Program-made: the position numbers and the translations under genes
In this document: positions 16,068 to 26,955 of the stretch, in pieces
Numbering within the stretch: position 1 is the stretch's first letter
Layout: each line of letters begins with the position of its first letter
From: a virus
Lineage: Duplodnaviria > Caudoviricetes
IMG/VR virus record: IMGVR_UViG_3300017909_004016
Span: 1 to 35,360 of that record
Direction: 5' to 3' (one strand)
Length of the DNA: 35,360 bases
The notes under the pieces: model-generated
Databases searched by the model: none
What the model was told of the DNA's origin: nothing
The model's input: the letters and a program-made list of their open reading frames with translations, nothing else

Positions 16068-16454
16068 ATGTCATATCAAGACAACCAATTTTTAAAAACG
16101 TTTAAGTGCAATGCCGCCGTTTCCAAGTATGCACTGGTAAAGATCAATTCTTCAAATGAAGTACTTGAGTGCTCGGCGAATACTGATGTACCAATGGGAA
16201 TCGCTCAACGAGGCGGTGCCGCCGGAGATTTCATTGAAGTATGCCTTGAGGGCCCTTCTTTTGCGTTGGCCGGTGCCGCAATCACTCTCGGTACTCATCA
16301 TCTTTTGATGCCAACTGCCGACGGCAAATTGATTCCTGTTGATACTACTCAAGCAAACACTAATTATAGTGTTGCTCAATTCATTCATAACGAAACCGCC
16401 GCCGATAATGATGAAGTACTTGTCTATTATCGAGGTGCATCAATTCAAGGATAG
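16068..16454 (+). CDS. Head decoration / capsid cement protein (DUF2190-like)
   Basis: 128 aa between protease and capsid. Pattern GIAQ...AAGD..V..EG....LAGAAI..G..L.P.ADGK. Confidence 0.75.
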   Translation: MSYQDNQFLKTFKCNAAVSKYALVKINSSNEVLECSANTDVPMGIAQRGGAAGDFIEVCLEGPSFALAGAAITLGTHHLLMPTADGKLIPVDTTQANTNYSVAQFIHNETAADNDEVLVYYRGASIQG

Positions 16455-16464
16455 GAAATAAATA

Positions 16465-17511
16465 ATGGCTCAACAATTTAGCAATTTACATCCTGTAAAT
16501 GAGATTCTTTCTCAGTTTGCAAGCGAGGCGGCATCTCAACTTGATGCTCAATTGATTCATCAAGATCTTTTTGAAACTGTAAAAGTTCCCAAAAATATGC
16601 GATCAGGTACAATCTTGATCGAGAATAATAATCAATATATGGGTACCGCTCTTGATCTTAAGCGTAATCCGGGCTCAAGCCGGGTACGCCAATCTTCATT
16701 TGATTTTGAGAGCACTACTTACCGCACTCTTATCCGTGGTATTGAATCCTCAATTGCTCTTGAGGATATTGATGATAATCAATACCCAATCGATTTATTA
16801 CAACGTGAGATTCGTAAGGTTACTCGATCTCTTATGATCGATCGAGAAAAAGAAGCAGCTGATACTCTTTTCAATTCGGCAAATTGGACTAATTACGAAA
16901 ATACTTTAAGCACTTTCAATACTGCTGTAAATACCGATGCAAACGGTACTGCATGGAATGCCGCCGGTGCCGAGCCTTTAACTGATTTATTGGCTCTCTC
17001 TGATACCGTTCGTAAAAACTCATACGGCATGAGCTCAGAGATGCAAACGCTTGTACTTGGCTATGATTGCTTTTTAGCTTTACAACGCAACCCTGAGTTG
17101 CGTGGTTATCTTGGAAGCACAAGCAATGGACTTGCAAGCGGCTCTCGTATCTTGCCACAACCTGAGGTAATTAGTATCATCAAGGGCATTTTCGGCTTTA
17201 AGGATGTACGAATTGCCAAGGCTCGCAACAACTCAGCAAACCCCGGGCAAACTCAAACAACCGCCGATATTTGGACTTCAAGCAGCCTTTTCTTAGGTGT
17301 TTTGAAATCCCCCGATGGGGCGGTTGTTGGTAACAGTGGCTCGGTTCAAACCTCACCGGCATCAGTTCTCTGTTTAGAAGTTGAGGGAATGAAGAGCGGG
17401 CAATATGATTCACCTGATCAAGTACGCCGCCAAGTTTGGGTTGAGCATGAATACGTTAATAAAGTAATCAAGCCTGAGTTTGGTTACTTATTGCGATCTG
17501 TAACTGCTTAA
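16465..17511 (+). CDS. Major capsid protein
   Basis: 348 aa in the capsid position. Motifs REKEAA..LF, W....AEPL.DL, LVLG...F.AL..NP and C-terminal GYLL are typical of HK97-fold lambda E/Mu T-like capsids. Confidence 0.88.
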   Translation: MAQQFSNLHPVNEILSQFASEAASQLDAQLIHQDLFETVKVPKNMRSGTILIENNNQYMGTALDLKRNPGSSRVRQSSFDFESTTYRTLIRGIESSIALEDIDDNQYPIDLLQREIRKVTRSLMIDREKEAADTLFNSANWTNYENTLSTFNTAVNTDANGTAWNAAGAEPLTDLLALSDTVRKNSYGMSSEMQTLVLGYDCFLALQRNPELRGYLGSTSNGLASGSRILPQPEVISIIKGIFGFKDVRIAKARNNSANPGQTQTTADIWTSSSLFLGVLKSPDGAVVGNSGSVQTSPASVLCLEVEGMKSGQYDSPDQVRRQVWVEHEYVNKVIKPEFGYLLRSVTA

Positions 17512-17523
17512 TTAAGGCGGCTC

Positions 17524-18441
17524 ATGTTTTGTTTAGCTTGCAATCAATCTCATATATCATTAAGTGAGCATGAGCGAGGCGATAAGCTCGCAATTGATGA
17601 TCTCACTCAGCAAGCTAAAAAAGCACCTAAATCATTGAGGGGTTTAATTAGAGCTCGGCGGAATCAATTGAAAGCCGAGGCGAGTGCCGTTGCTTCAATG
17701 CGTAAAGCGTTGGGCGTGGCAAACCAAGCTCTCATTGATGCAATTGAGCGGGCTTACTTTACGGGGGTAAGCCCGGCTTTACTTGATATCTCTCAAGAGG
17801 AATTGGCGAGCTTTATTTTAAATAATGGCTTGGGCGTTGCTCTTGAGGGCTTTACAGGTTCTCAGGGTGAGATCTTAGATGCTTTAATTAAAGTTATCCA
17901 AGAATCCGAGCCAACTTTTAGGCTCGATCAATTGCCCTCGGTTATATCCATACAAGAGAGAACCGTTAAAGCGGTTTTTGAAGATGTAATCATACCCGAT
18001 CAAAAGAGAGCGTTACGGTTTGCATTAACTAACCTTGTATATACAAATGATGTTGATACAACAATTGATGCTCTTTCTCAGCAATTAAAACAATCAACGG
18101 GGCGGCAACTTACTGAGGTAAGAACGCAGCTCGGCATTATGGGGCGGCAACTTACCGCCGATGCGGGCGAGGCGGCGGGGCTTGATCTATTTTATTATAG
18201 CGGGCCTCTTGATGGGCTTACCCGTAAGTTTTGCATACCTCTTGTTGATAAAGTTTTAAGTAAATCTCAAATAAATGAGTTAAATAATAAAAGCGGCCTC
18301 GGCTCTCCTTTGAGAAGCGGGGGCGGTTATAATTGCCGGCATTCATTCTCGCCAATCTCCTTTGGATTGATGAAAGCCGCCGGCATGAAAAGAGCAACCC
18401 AAGCCGATATAAATGAGGCGAATAAAGGAGCGGGCAAGTGA
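17524..18441 (+). CDS. Minor head morphogenesis protein (MuF/SPP1 gp7-like)
   Basis: C-terminal YSGPLDGLTRKFC...GGYNCRHSF motif. Confidence 0.75.
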   Translation: MFCLACNQSHISLSEHERGDKLAIDDLTQQAKKAPKSLRGLIRARRNQLKAEASAVASMRKALGVANQALIDAIERAYFTGVSPALLDISQEELASFILNNGLGVALEGFTGSQGEILDALIKVIQESEPTFRLDQLPSVISIQERTVKAVFEDVIIPDQKRALRFALTNLVYTNDVDTTIDALSQQLKQSTGRQLTEVRTQLGIMGRQLTADAGEAAGLDLFYYSGPLDGLTRKFCIPLVDKVLSKSQINELNNKSGLGSPLRSGGGYNCRHSFSPISFGLMKAAGMKRATQADINEANKGAGK

Positions 18442-19388
18442 GAAAAGCCGTATATGATCAAAGCTATCTTTTTCAATGGAATGCCCCGCACTCGGTAAGC
18501 GGTACCCCGATAATTACATGTAAATTATCCTCAGGCGATGTAACTGCAAACATGACTCAAGGCCGATCAACCGCAACCGTATCGGCAATCTCTAATGATC
18601 GGCGTACCCTTACAACTGATAATCAAATAACCGGGCTCAAGAATGATCAAGGGCAAGCGTTTTTGATAACTGCCAATGATCAGGTTTTTAATGTTAATGT
18701 TGTACGCATTGTTGGTACAACCGCAATCCTTGCCGATACATTACCAAGAGAGATCGATTTAAGTGCCAATGCTTCTTTAGAGTTTGCTCTTTGGAATCGA
18801 ACGGTAACAACCGCAGTAACCGGCAATATCGGTACTTTTGCGTATGAGATTACTTATGATGAGAATACAGGGGCCTCAACAAGAGAGCGAATCTCAAAGG
18901 GGTATTTAAAGGTATGCCGCCGCCCCTTCTCAACGGGTTTAGATCATGATGATCTAGTAAGAATGTTTACTCAATTTGCTGATCTCATCCCCCGGCGGCA
19001 AACCGATTTTAAACCGCAAATCAATCGAGCCGGTGAAGAATTAATTTTAATGATTCGAGATAGCTTGTTGCATCAATCTCTTACTGAAGATGAAGTATTC
19101 AACCCTGAATCTTTTAGCAATGCTCATGCATATTTTACAGCGGCTCTCATTCTTGAGACTCAAAGCCGGTTTGATGAGGCAACATCAATGAGAGATCGGG
19201 GCATTGAGCTTTACAATCTAGCAATGAGATCGGTTGCCCTTGATATTGATGGCGATGGCATAATTGATGATGGCGAGCTTGATCAACGGGTAAGCGGCGT
19301 TAAATCTGATATGCGAGGCAATTTCAAAGATCGGCAAAAAACCGATTATGAAGAAACATTCGTTATCAAGCGGGGCATGAGGTTTTAA
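18438..19388 (+). CDS. Putative head-tail adaptor with N-terminal beta-rich extension
   Basis: GTG start with AAGGAG RBS. Position, and a helical C-terminal half ending in the DIDGDG..D motif. Confidence 0.5.
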   Translation: MRKAVYDQSYLFQWNAPHSVSGTPIITCKLSSGDVTANMTQGRSTATVSAISNDRRTLTTDNQITGLKNDQGQAFLITANDQVFNVNVVRIVGTTAILADTLPREIDLSANASLEFALWNRTVTTAVTGNIGTFAYEITYDENTGASTRERISKGYLKVCRRPFSTGLDHDDLVRMFTQFADLIPRRQTDFKPQINRAGEELILMIRDSLLHQSLTEDEVFNPESFSNAHAYFTAALILETQSRFDEATSMRDRGIELYNLAMRSVALDIDGDGIIDDGELDQRVSGVKSDMRGNFKDRQKTDYEETFVIKRGMRF

Positions 19389-19897
19389 TGTCATTTACAG
19401 TAAATATACAAAACCGCTTGAGAATGCCCGTTGTATGGACTTCTCAAAATAATCAAGTACATGCCCTCAACTCAATCGCATTGATCAAGCGGCGTACAAT
19501 GAGGGGTATTGATGCCAAGGGCAACGGGTTTAAAGGCTACTCAACCAAGGGCATTTACATCTCATTTAAAGGGGCCCGATTAAAGCCCAAGGGCGGGCGG
19601 CTCTCTCGCTCTCGTAAAAGTATGTACTTTGAAGGCGGGTATAAAGAATATAAGCAAAAATCAAGGCGGGGTAATATTCAAACCGCTGAGGTTGATCTTG
19701 TGTTGAGCGGTATATTGATGAATAGTATACAAGTGCTCAACTCAACCGGCACCTCTTATACAATCGGGCTCGCTCGCCAAGGGCGGCATTATGGGTACCA
19801 TGTTAATCGTACAAGAGAGTTTTTAGGTTTAACCCGGCGAGAGCAAGAAATTATTGTTGAAGCCGCCGCAATCGATATGAGGAGAAACCTAAGATGA
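19388..19897 (+). CDS. Neck / virion morphogenesis (tail completion) protein
   Basis: Basic protein with G.D..G..F..YS, VDLVLSG.LMNSI and REFLGL motifs. Confidence 0.7.
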   Translation: MSFTVNIQNRLRMPVVWTSQNNQVHALNSIALIKRRTMRGIDAKGNGFKGYSTKGIYISFKGARLKPKGGRLSRSRKSMYFEGGYKEYKQKSRRGNIQTAEVDLVLSGILMNSIQVLNSTGTSYTIGLARQGRHYGYHVNRTREFLGLTRREQEIIVEAAAIDMRRNLR

Positions 19898-20358
19898 GCA
19901 AGGGTATTAAAAAATCATTAGATCATTTGATTGATCGAATTGAGGCACTTACACCAAAAACCGATACGCATTCAGGGTATACAAGAATGAGAGACGGGGC
20001 CGGGCTCACTCAAATGATTGATCAACAATACCATACAATGCGGTATTTTGATTTTAAACCGATCGCAATGCCTGAGGATGATGGAATGCTTGGAATATCA
20101 ACACGCAAGCGGGCGGGCATAAGCTTGAGAGTGTTTTACGGTTTACCCGGTGATGTCGGTTATGTTGAACGGGTTGCTCTTGAGGATTGCTCACAATTGA
20201 TTGAGAGTTTAAAACAACCCGAGTATAATACAAACACAACGGGTATTATTAGCCTTGTTGTAAAACCGGCTCTCTTTCAAGAGATTACCAATGAACTCGG
20301 CGAGCCGAGAGCCCATTTATTAAATATAGATTTTGATCTGATGTATTTGGAGGATTAA
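19894..20358 (+). CDS. Putative tail terminator
   Basis: 154 aa directly before the tail tube gene. Positional inference. Confidence 0.5.
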   Translation: MSKGIKKSLDHLIDRIEALTPKTDTHSGYTRMRDGAGLTQMIDQQYHTMRYFDFKPIAMPEDDGMLGISTRKRAGISLRVFYGLPGDVGYVERVALEDCSQLIESLKQPEYNTNTTGIISLVVKPALFQEITNELGEPRAHLLNIDFDLMYLED

Positions 20359-20363
20359 CTAAT

Positions 20364-21668
20364 ATGACTGCAACACATAGAAGCATTTCAATTGCTGATG
20401 AAAGTGTTTTCGGCTCAATCGATAGTACAACCGGGCGGCCCTCGCCAAGCGGTTTAACATTTATCTCTTTACCCGCTGAGAGAGATCCGGTTGTGATTTT
20501 TGGAGAGGCCCCAATTACCGAGCGGCCTGATTTACGAGATGGCCCCTATGGGTATCAACCTGAGCTTGATACCGTTTGGGATTCTTCAAACCGTATTCAA
20601 AAGCGTACCGGTGAGATTACCGTACGAATTGATTTTACAACGGGCTCGGGGGCATATACCGCAACGGGGCTCGGCTTGCTTTTACAAGCGGGCTTAAAGC
20701 GGGTTGCTCATACCGCAACTTCATCGGATTCAGTAACCTCAACAAGCGGCAATCAAATTACCCCAACTGATGAAAGCCAATGGGCGGTAGGCGGTTTAAT
20801 CTCATCAATCATTAACGGGCGAGCCGAATATAGTGCTCTTACTTCTAATGATCGAGCGGGGGCGGGTACTGATATCGGAGTAAGCCCGGCATTCTCAGCA
20901 GGGCCAACAACGATTTATCCAATGGATACATTTTATTTACCAACCGGTACTGCAAGCGGGGCGGTTGGTACCTCGGTTGCCTTTCGCATTGATGGCGTTA
21001 ATTTCCGTTCTTATGCGTTTGGTTGTAAACTCTCATCTCTCGCTATCTCATTAGAAGGCGGGCGGGTAATGGGCGATTTTACTTTTCAAGCGGCGATGAT
21101 CATTGATGATCATGATGATAGCTTTTACAGTACAAGCATTGCCCTTGGGCCCGTTGAGCCTGTATTTTTATCAGGGGCCCCGGCTCATTTCAGGGGCTCT
21201 TATGTTGTGCTCTCATCAGCGGCACCAACAACCGCAACCGATAAAAGCGGTACAACCGGCGATGAATTAGCCCGCACCGCAATCGATTGCGAATCTTTTG
21301 AACTCACTCTTACAAATGAATTAACCCCCAAGGGCTTTTCTAATGATATTTTAGGAATGAGTGATATGGAAGTAACCAACGCTACTATTGAATGCACTCT
21401 TACCCTATCTTCACCCGCATCTCTTGTATTGAATGATTTTAGAGATCGAGTATCAAGGCAAGTGTTAATCGGCACCGGGCCAACCGGCACCGGCAAAGGG
21501 GCGGCTTTCTTTATTCCCTCGGCTTTCTTAATCAATGATCCCTCGGCTTATGATGTAAGCGGCGAAATTGTTAAGCAAACTCTTACATATAATCAAGGGC
21601 GATTCGGCGGCGATGTTGGTACCGGCGATGCCAAAAACTCTCTTTTTCGTATCGGTTTAGGTGTATAA
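20364..21668 (+). CDS. Major tail tube protein with inserted domain
   Basis: Ser/Thr/Gly-rich. N-terminal E..FG, GCKLSSLAIS and ESFELTLTNEL motifs. Lies upstream of the chaperone and tape measure genes. Confidence 0.75.
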   Translation: MTATHRSISIADESVFGSIDSTTGRPSPSGLTFISLPAERDPVVIFGEAPITERPDLRDGPYGYQPELDTVWDSSNRIQKRTGEITVRIDFTTGSGAYTATGLGLLLQAGLKRVAHTATSSDSVTSTSGNQITPTDESQWAVGGLISSIINGRAEYSALTSNDRAGAGTDIGVSPAFSAGPTTIYPMDTFYLPTGTASGAVGTSVAFRIDGVNFRSYAFGCKLSSLAISLEGGRVMGDFTFQAAMIIDDHDDSFYSTSIALGPVEPVFLSGAPAHFRGSYVVLSSAAPTTATDKSGTTGDELARTAIDCESFELTLTNELTPKGFSNDILGMSDMEVTNATIECTLTLSSPASLVLNDFRDRVSRQVLIGTGPTGTGKGAAFFIPSAFLINDPSAYDVSGEIVKQTLTYNQGRFGGDVGTGDAKNSLFRIGLGV

Positions 21669-22186
21669 TGGCTTTACGTTTTTCCAATACCGCTGATATT
21701 GAATATACTGTTTATTCAACCTCAGATGAGAGCGTAAAATGCTCACCTGAGCAAGCTCAACGCTATTTATCCGAGGGTGATGATGTAGGGTTTGAGATTA
21801 GTGATGAGGCAACGGCTTTTATTATCAAGCCTCTCTCTTTGCAAGATCGAGAGCGAGCCGAGATTAGGGCGGGCTCTCATACTAGATCGGAGCTCGGGCG
21901 GTTGCTCAATGATCAAAAACCGATTGAGCCCGAGGCGTTTGCCCGTTGGCAACACGCTCTCACCGATGATGAAAAGCGGGCCCTTGCAACTTATCAAATG
22001 TATGTTAATCAATGTTACTATGAGATTGTAAAAAGCGGGCTTGTAAAGATTAAGGGAGTTGAGGGCGATGCCTTTGAGGCATTGATGCAAGTACAACCTG
22101 AATCCGTACGGATTGGTACTTTGATGGAATTAGTATGCCATATTCAAAGAGTATCGATTTTAAAAGAAGACGAAAAAAAAAACTAG
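21668..22186 (+). CDS. Tail assembly chaperone (G-like)
   Basis: Sits between tube and tape measure genes and ends in the slippery sequence GAA AAA AAA AAC TAG. Confidence 0.8.
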   Translation: MALRFSNTADIEYTVYSTSDESVKCSPEQAQRYLSEGDDVGFEISDEATAFIIKPLSLQDRERAEIRAGSHTRSELGRLLNDQKPIEPEAFARWQHALTDDEKRALATYQMYVNQCYYEIVKSGLVKIKGVEGDAFEALMQVQPESVRIGTLMELVCHIQRVSILKEDEKKN

Positions 22187-22596
22187 AGGCCATTATTTGG
22201 CTTAATCATGCCGGCGGGCGGGCTTGGCGTTGCGAAACGTGTACAACCTCTCAACGCCGATTAAGAGGGAATTGCGGGGGCTCATTTAAGCCCGGGGTAA
22301 AACATGGTATTCAAGATGAGCGGGGGCGGGTATATGTACCCGGGTACCGGATCGCCCCTGATTCGGATCCTGATTGGGCTGATTATCACTTTTACTCATG
22401 CCCGGTTGCCGGGGCAAATCAAGCGGCGGGCATTTTAAACTATTATCATTATACAAAAAATAATATGATTAGTATTGCTGATGTAATACCAAACCCAACG
22501 CCCGCCTTTTTAGATGCAATTGCAGTTTTAAATAATGCGAGCGAGTTGAGAGAATTACGCATAAGAAAACAAAATGAGGATTTAAATAATGGCTAA
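22171..22596 (+). CDS. Frameshift extension of tail chaperone (T-like part of G-T fusion 21668-22596)
   Basis: In the -1 frame relative to 21668. No convincing RBS of its own. The stop overlaps the tape measure start. Confidence 0.72.
   Translation, partial: RKKKLEAIIWLNHAGGRAWRCETCTTSQRRLRGNCGGSFKPGVKHGIQDERGRVYVPGYRIAPDSDPDWADYHFYSCPVAGANQAAGILNYYHYTKNNMISIADVIPNPTPAFLDAIAVLNNASELRELRIRKQNEDLNNG
22177..22183 (+). other. Programmed -1 ribosomal frameshift site A AAA AAC
   Basis: X XXY YYZ heptamer within a 10-A run, in frame with the chaperone. The -1 frame stays open to 22596. Confidence 0.8.
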
Positions 22597-24730
22597 TGGT
22601 GGACAAATAGATATTAAAGTAAACTTCATTGGTTTAGATGATCTCAACCGCATTTTGCAACAATCAGGGCAAGGGGCAACGCAAATCGGCAATCAAGTAA
22701 ATCAAGTCTCAAGGGCTTTTGATTCTATGGTTGATGAAGCAACCGAGGGGCTTGGCGAGTATGCTGAGGGCGTTGATCGAGTTGGCGAGAGTGTATCGGG
22801 GCTCAATGATGGATTAAATAGAAATCGGCAACGCCAAAAACAAAGCAACTCAGAATCACAAAAATCAATTGATATTTTTGGGGCATTGAGCACCGCAATC
22901 GGCCAAACGGGCGGGGCGTTTGGTACTATGAATGATAGATCCTCTCAGGCAATGGGCTCTTTAATTACATCCTCAGGGGCAGCAGTTGCCTCATTAGGTC
23001 AAGTTGCAACCGCCGCAAAAACGGCGGGCGGCTCTTTTACGGCGATGTTGGGGCCGATCGGCTTGGTAGCACTCGGGGTTTTTGAATTAGTAAAAGCTTT
23101 CAGAAATTATCTTGATACACAAGACAAAGTACAAGCCAAGGTTGAAGCATACAAAGCATCTTTAAGTGAGATGACAACAACCTACGAGATTTTAGCGGCG
23201 AAACAAGTTGAAGTTTCTAAAGAGGAAATGAGGGAATTACAGCGGCTTAATAATGAGGGTAAGATTAGGATTGAGCTTGCTCAAGAGTTGAGAGAAACCC
23301 AAAAAAATGTATATGCTCGATTGGCCCGAGCTCAAGCAAAAGCCGAGAAACAACAAAAAGAGCTAAATAGAATCTCAAGTTTAGCTCTCTCAAATGATAA
23401 AAAGAGAGCACTTGCCGCCGGCCCGCTTGAAAAATTATCAGATATCAGAAAAGAAGAGCTTAAATTAAAAAAACAATTAAATGAGATTGATGAGAAGGCT
23501 CTTGAGATTGCAAAAGAAGGTTATCCTTTTCGATTAAAGTTTGAACAAAAATTACTTGAATTAGAGCAACGCAGCCCGCTCATTGCAAAACAAAGGGCTC
23601 AAGCCGAGCAAGCTTTAATTATGCAACTTGAGCAAACAAAGAATAAAGCTTTTAATCAATCATATGAAACCCGGCTCAAGGCTTATGAGCTCGAATATGA
23701 AGCAAGAAAAGCTCAACTTAAAAAAATGACTTTTACAGATGAGGCATATTATGAAAAAGCGTTGTATCTTGCCGGGCAAATATATGATGAGCAAGTATAT
23801 CGATTGAATCAACAAGAGGATGATTTAGCAAAAGCCCGAGCCCGAGCCCGGGCAAAAGCAAGAAAGCAACAAAAGGCAAAAGAATTGGCTGATTTACAAA
23901 GAGCCGAGCAAGAGCGACTTAATTTTGCTTTTCAAGCAATTCAAAATAATATCAAGCTTACTGAATCAGGGTTTACTCAAGAGCGGCAATTGATTGAGAC
24001 TCAATATGCTCAAAAAGTTGCTCTTGCAAAAGATAATCATCAAAAGCTTTTACTTGCTGAGCAAGAGTACCAACTTGCATTGAATGCCCTGAATGCAAGA
24101 CAAGAGGAAAAAGAGAGAGCTGATTTTGTTAGGCGGCGGGCTCAAAGTATGAAAGAGAGCCAAGATCTTGTAAGAGCTGAAATGAAAAAAGCCAACGCAA
24201 TCAGGGCGGCTCAAGATCAGATTATTCAGGGGGCTCAAGATACGGCCTTTGCAATGGGTGAGAGTGCTCTTGCTTCAACGGTTGCAAGTATCGCCGCCGG
24301 TGAATCGATCTCAAATGTATTAGGGCAAACGCTTGAGGCTCTTTCAACCGAGGCGGCTGTACAAGCCGCAATGCACGGAGCAAAGGCCATCGGAGCGGCG
24401 GCAATGGGCGATTTTAAAACGGCTTCATTAGAGGGGGCGGCGGCGGCGGCTTTTGCCGGGGTTGCGGCTCTTGCCGGTACGCTTGGCGGCGGTGCCGGTG
24501 CCGGGGCTTCAACAACCTCAACAAGCGGGGCAAGTGCATCGCCAACCGGGGCCCCTCTTGTTTCAACCCCTGAGAGAGAGCAAGATCGAAATGAGAGCCA
24601 ACCTATTGTATTTAATATTTCAATGGGTACAGTATACAGCACTGAGGAATCAGCCCTAACCGCCTTAACCAATGCAATTACAAGAGAACAAAACCGAGTG
24701 AGAAGAGGAGCCCCAAGAAATGCCATCTAA
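22589..24730 (+). CDS. Tail tape measure protein
   Basis: 713 aa, Ala/Gln-rich helical, with hydrophobic segments and a canonical position. Confidence 0.88.
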   Translation: MANGGQIDIKVNFIGLDDLNRILQQSGQGATQIGNQVNQVSRAFDSMVDEATEGLGEYAEGVDRVGESVSGLNDGLNRNRQRQKQSNSESQKSIDIFGALSTAIGQTGGAFGTMNDRSSQAMGSLITSSGAAVASLGQVATAAKTAGGSFTAMLGPIGLVALGVFELVKAFRNYLDTQDKVQAKVEAYKASLSEMTTTYEILAAKQVEVSKEEMRELQRLNNEGKIRIELAQELRETQKNVYARLARAQAKAEKQQKELNRISSLALSNDKKRALAAGPLEKLSDIRKEELKLKKQLNEIDEKALEIAKEGYPFRLKFEQKLLELEQRSPLIAKQRAQAEQALIMQLEQTKNKAFNQSYETRLKAYELEYEARKAQLKKMTFTDEAYYEKALYLAGQIYDEQVYRLNQQEDDLAKARARARAKARKQQKAKELADLQRAEQERLNFAFQAIQNNIKLTESGFTQERQLIETQYAQKVALAKDNHQKLLLAEQEYQLALNALNARQEEKERADFVRRRAQSMKESQDLVRAEMKKANAIRAAQDQIIQGAQDTAFAMGESALASTVASIAAGESISNVLGQTLEALSTEAAVQAAMHGAKAIGAAAMGDFKTASLEGAAAAAFAGVAALAGTLGGGAGAGASTTSTSGASASPTGAPLVSTPEREQDRNESQPIVFNISMGTVYSTEESALTALTNAITREQNRVRRGAPRNAI

Positions 24731-25907
24731 TGATAATAGCCCTAATTTTGCTCTCTTGAGTGAGTTTGATGCTTCTCAATGGAGCGGGCAAAACTTATTT
24801 ACTCAAGGCTCAACTCAAATAACAATGCCAACCTTTTCGCAAGGTGCGGGATTTTATTTAGATGCTTTGATCTTTTTAAACGGGCGGGCAACTGAGAATG
24901 ATTTAAGCTTGGCTGAGCAGCTTGCCGATGCCGCAACATTCGGCTCAAGTTGGAAATTGAACCTTGATGCAAATGATAAGATTTATGTTGAATCAAGTGT
25001 TGATTTTGAAATTGAGCCTGTTACCTCATCTCAAGATTTCTTAGGGTTTGGCGGTACAGTTAATGCAACCCTCTCAGGCTCAACATATCGAGCAACGGCG
25101 GTTAATGAATGGACTCGGGGCAATATAAATAACGGTACATATCGAGTTAATGAGGTTGGCGGCTCGGGTACTTTTACATTCAATAAAGTGCAAGCGGGCG
25201 GGCAAGATGTTTTGAGCATGATTCGATCGAGTACAGATATTGATAATGTTGCCAATACACTGCAAAAGATACACTCTGCGGCAGTTTCTGATGATGATCT
25301 GAGATGGCTTATTACTGATGAGGGATATGTACAGATCAAATATAAAACAAGCTTAGGGGCTTTTTCTTGGGATTCAACAAGCTTTCGAGATCGGCTCGGT
25401 TTTACCGGTAATGAATCGGCAAGTACCTCAATTGTTGTACCAACATTTGATACAATCACCGCAACTTACCCTTTACCCGGTGCTCTTTTTCCATCTCGCC
25501 CGATTGAGAATCATCATTTAATGAGTGAGAGTGTAAGCGATTTTAACCGAATCATTGGAGGCGGTTATACATCAAACTCAAGAGGCGTTTATACCTCATC
25601 AGTATTGCGATTTCATCTTGATGCATCTCAAGACCAAAAAGATTTATATCGTCATTTTACCGATCAATTCTTGCCCTATGTAGGCACCGGTGAAAAGATT
25701 ACATTTTATCAAGAATGGGGCGATTCTCGGCGATCAAGTACAATTGTTGATCGATCAGGTGAATATAGCACTCTTTATACAATTGAAGATGATGGATATA
25801 AAGGGCGAATCATCGGGCACCTTACCGACCCAAAAACCTTTGATTTAGTATACCCAACTCGAATCCGGCGGCGGGTACCGATCCAAATGAGAATAGAGCA
25901 TGAGTAA
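24720..25907 (+). CDS. Tail tip protein (distal tail-like)
   Basis: First gene after the tape measure; beta-rich. Positional inference. Confidence 0.5.
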   Translation: MPSNDNSPNFALLSEFDASQWSGQNLFTQGSTQITMPTFSQGAGFYLDALIFLNGRATENDLSLAEQLADAATFGSSWKLNLDANDKIYVESSVDFEIEPVTSSQDFLGFGGTVNATLSGSTYRATAVNEWTRGNINNGTYRVNEVGGSGTFTFNKVQAGGQDVLSMIRSSTDIDNVANTLQKIHSAAVSDDDLRWLITDEGYVQIKYKTSLGAFSWDSTSFRDRLGFTGNESASTSIVVPTFDTITATYPLPGALFPSRPIENHHLMSESVSDFNRIIGGGYTSNSRGVYTSSVLRFHLDASQDQKDLYRHFTDQFLPYVGTGEKITFYQEWGDSRRSSTIVDRSGEYSTLYTIEDDGYKGRIIGHLTDPKTFDLVYPTRIRRRVPIQMRIEHE

Positions 25908-26955
25908 TACATATACAGCAGCATTGAGTTTGCCTGATCAAGATTCAGCAATTTCAGGCGGGCAAATCTTTGCAACCGATATTAAAAAAACCGTTGATTC
26001 TCTCAATTGGGCTCATGCTCATGTTGGCACCGGTACGCTTTACTCAGGGGCCTTCTCTGATCGAGTGTTTCAAACTGCTGATACAACTTCATCAAGCGGG
26101 GCAACCTTGAGAGTTAGAATACCTGTTATTTCTTCTCATCATACCATACTGCAAGTTTTAACAGTACATTCAGGCGGCGGCACTCTTGATCTATCAATCA
26201 ATAATGGATCAAGTACAACAGTCTCAAATATTACGTTGAGCAATACAGGCTCTCTCTCAACATCAGCAATTAATACAAATGAATTAACGGGGCTCACACT
26301 CGGCTCAAATGGGTATTTAACTCTTGAAGTTGGTTTAACGGCGGCAAGTGCATCGCCGAGCCATCTCAGAGTAAACAATATTACTTTTAGATGGAAAGCA
26401 TTGGCGAGCCCATTGCCAACAACTCAAGCAACCTTAGGCTCAAATACTTATACCCCATTTGCCCCGGCTCGGTTTGATTCTGATACCGCTTTACCTTCTT
26501 TTCTCGGGCATACCATGATTGATAACATCAAAACCCTGAGAGAGCGGCCCCGAGTGTATTACAATTTTTGCGGGCTTGGTACAATTTATAATCGTATTGA
26601 AAACTCAATTTTGGTTGAATCATCATCTTTTAGGGGATTAACAAGAAATAGCTCGATCTCAACTCGATCTCTCGATTATATATTTCAAAATGCTGATGAT
26701 TTTGATGATAAGTTGCAAGTACATTTATATACGAAAAACTTTTCATCCTCATTTAGTGTGAGGATATGCGGGCATTTAGTAACAGTATCAAGCGGCGGTT
26801 GGTCTAATTATGAGATTGATTTACCCTTAAGAACCTCAGAGTATTCAAGTGAGATCGGGTTGCCGGTGTATGAGTTTGGCCCGAGCTCAAGCCAAGGTTT
26901 GCCAACGGTTACAACCGGGGCAATTATTCAATCTTTAGCAATATGGGGCCCCTGA
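25900..26955 (+). CDS. Minor tail / baseplate protein
   Basis: Ser/Thr-rich and translationally coupled within the tail operon. Confidence 0.5.
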   Translation: MSNTYTAALSLPDQDSAISGGQIFATDIKKTVDSLNWAHAHVGTGTLYSGAFSDRVFQTADTTSSSGATLRVRIPVISSHHTILQVLTVHSGGGTLDLSINNGSSTTVSNITLSNTGSLSTSAINTNELTGLTLGSNGYLTLEVGLTAASASPSHLRVNNITFRWKALASPLPTTQATLGSNTYTPFAPARFDSDTALPSFLGHTMIDNIKTLRERPRVYYNFCGLGTIYNRIENSILVESSSFRGLTRNSSISTRSLDYIFQNADDFDDKLQVHLYTKNFSSSFSVRICGHLVTVSSGGWSNYEIDLPLRTSEYSSEIGLPVYEFGPSSSQGLPTVTTGAIIQSLAIWGP

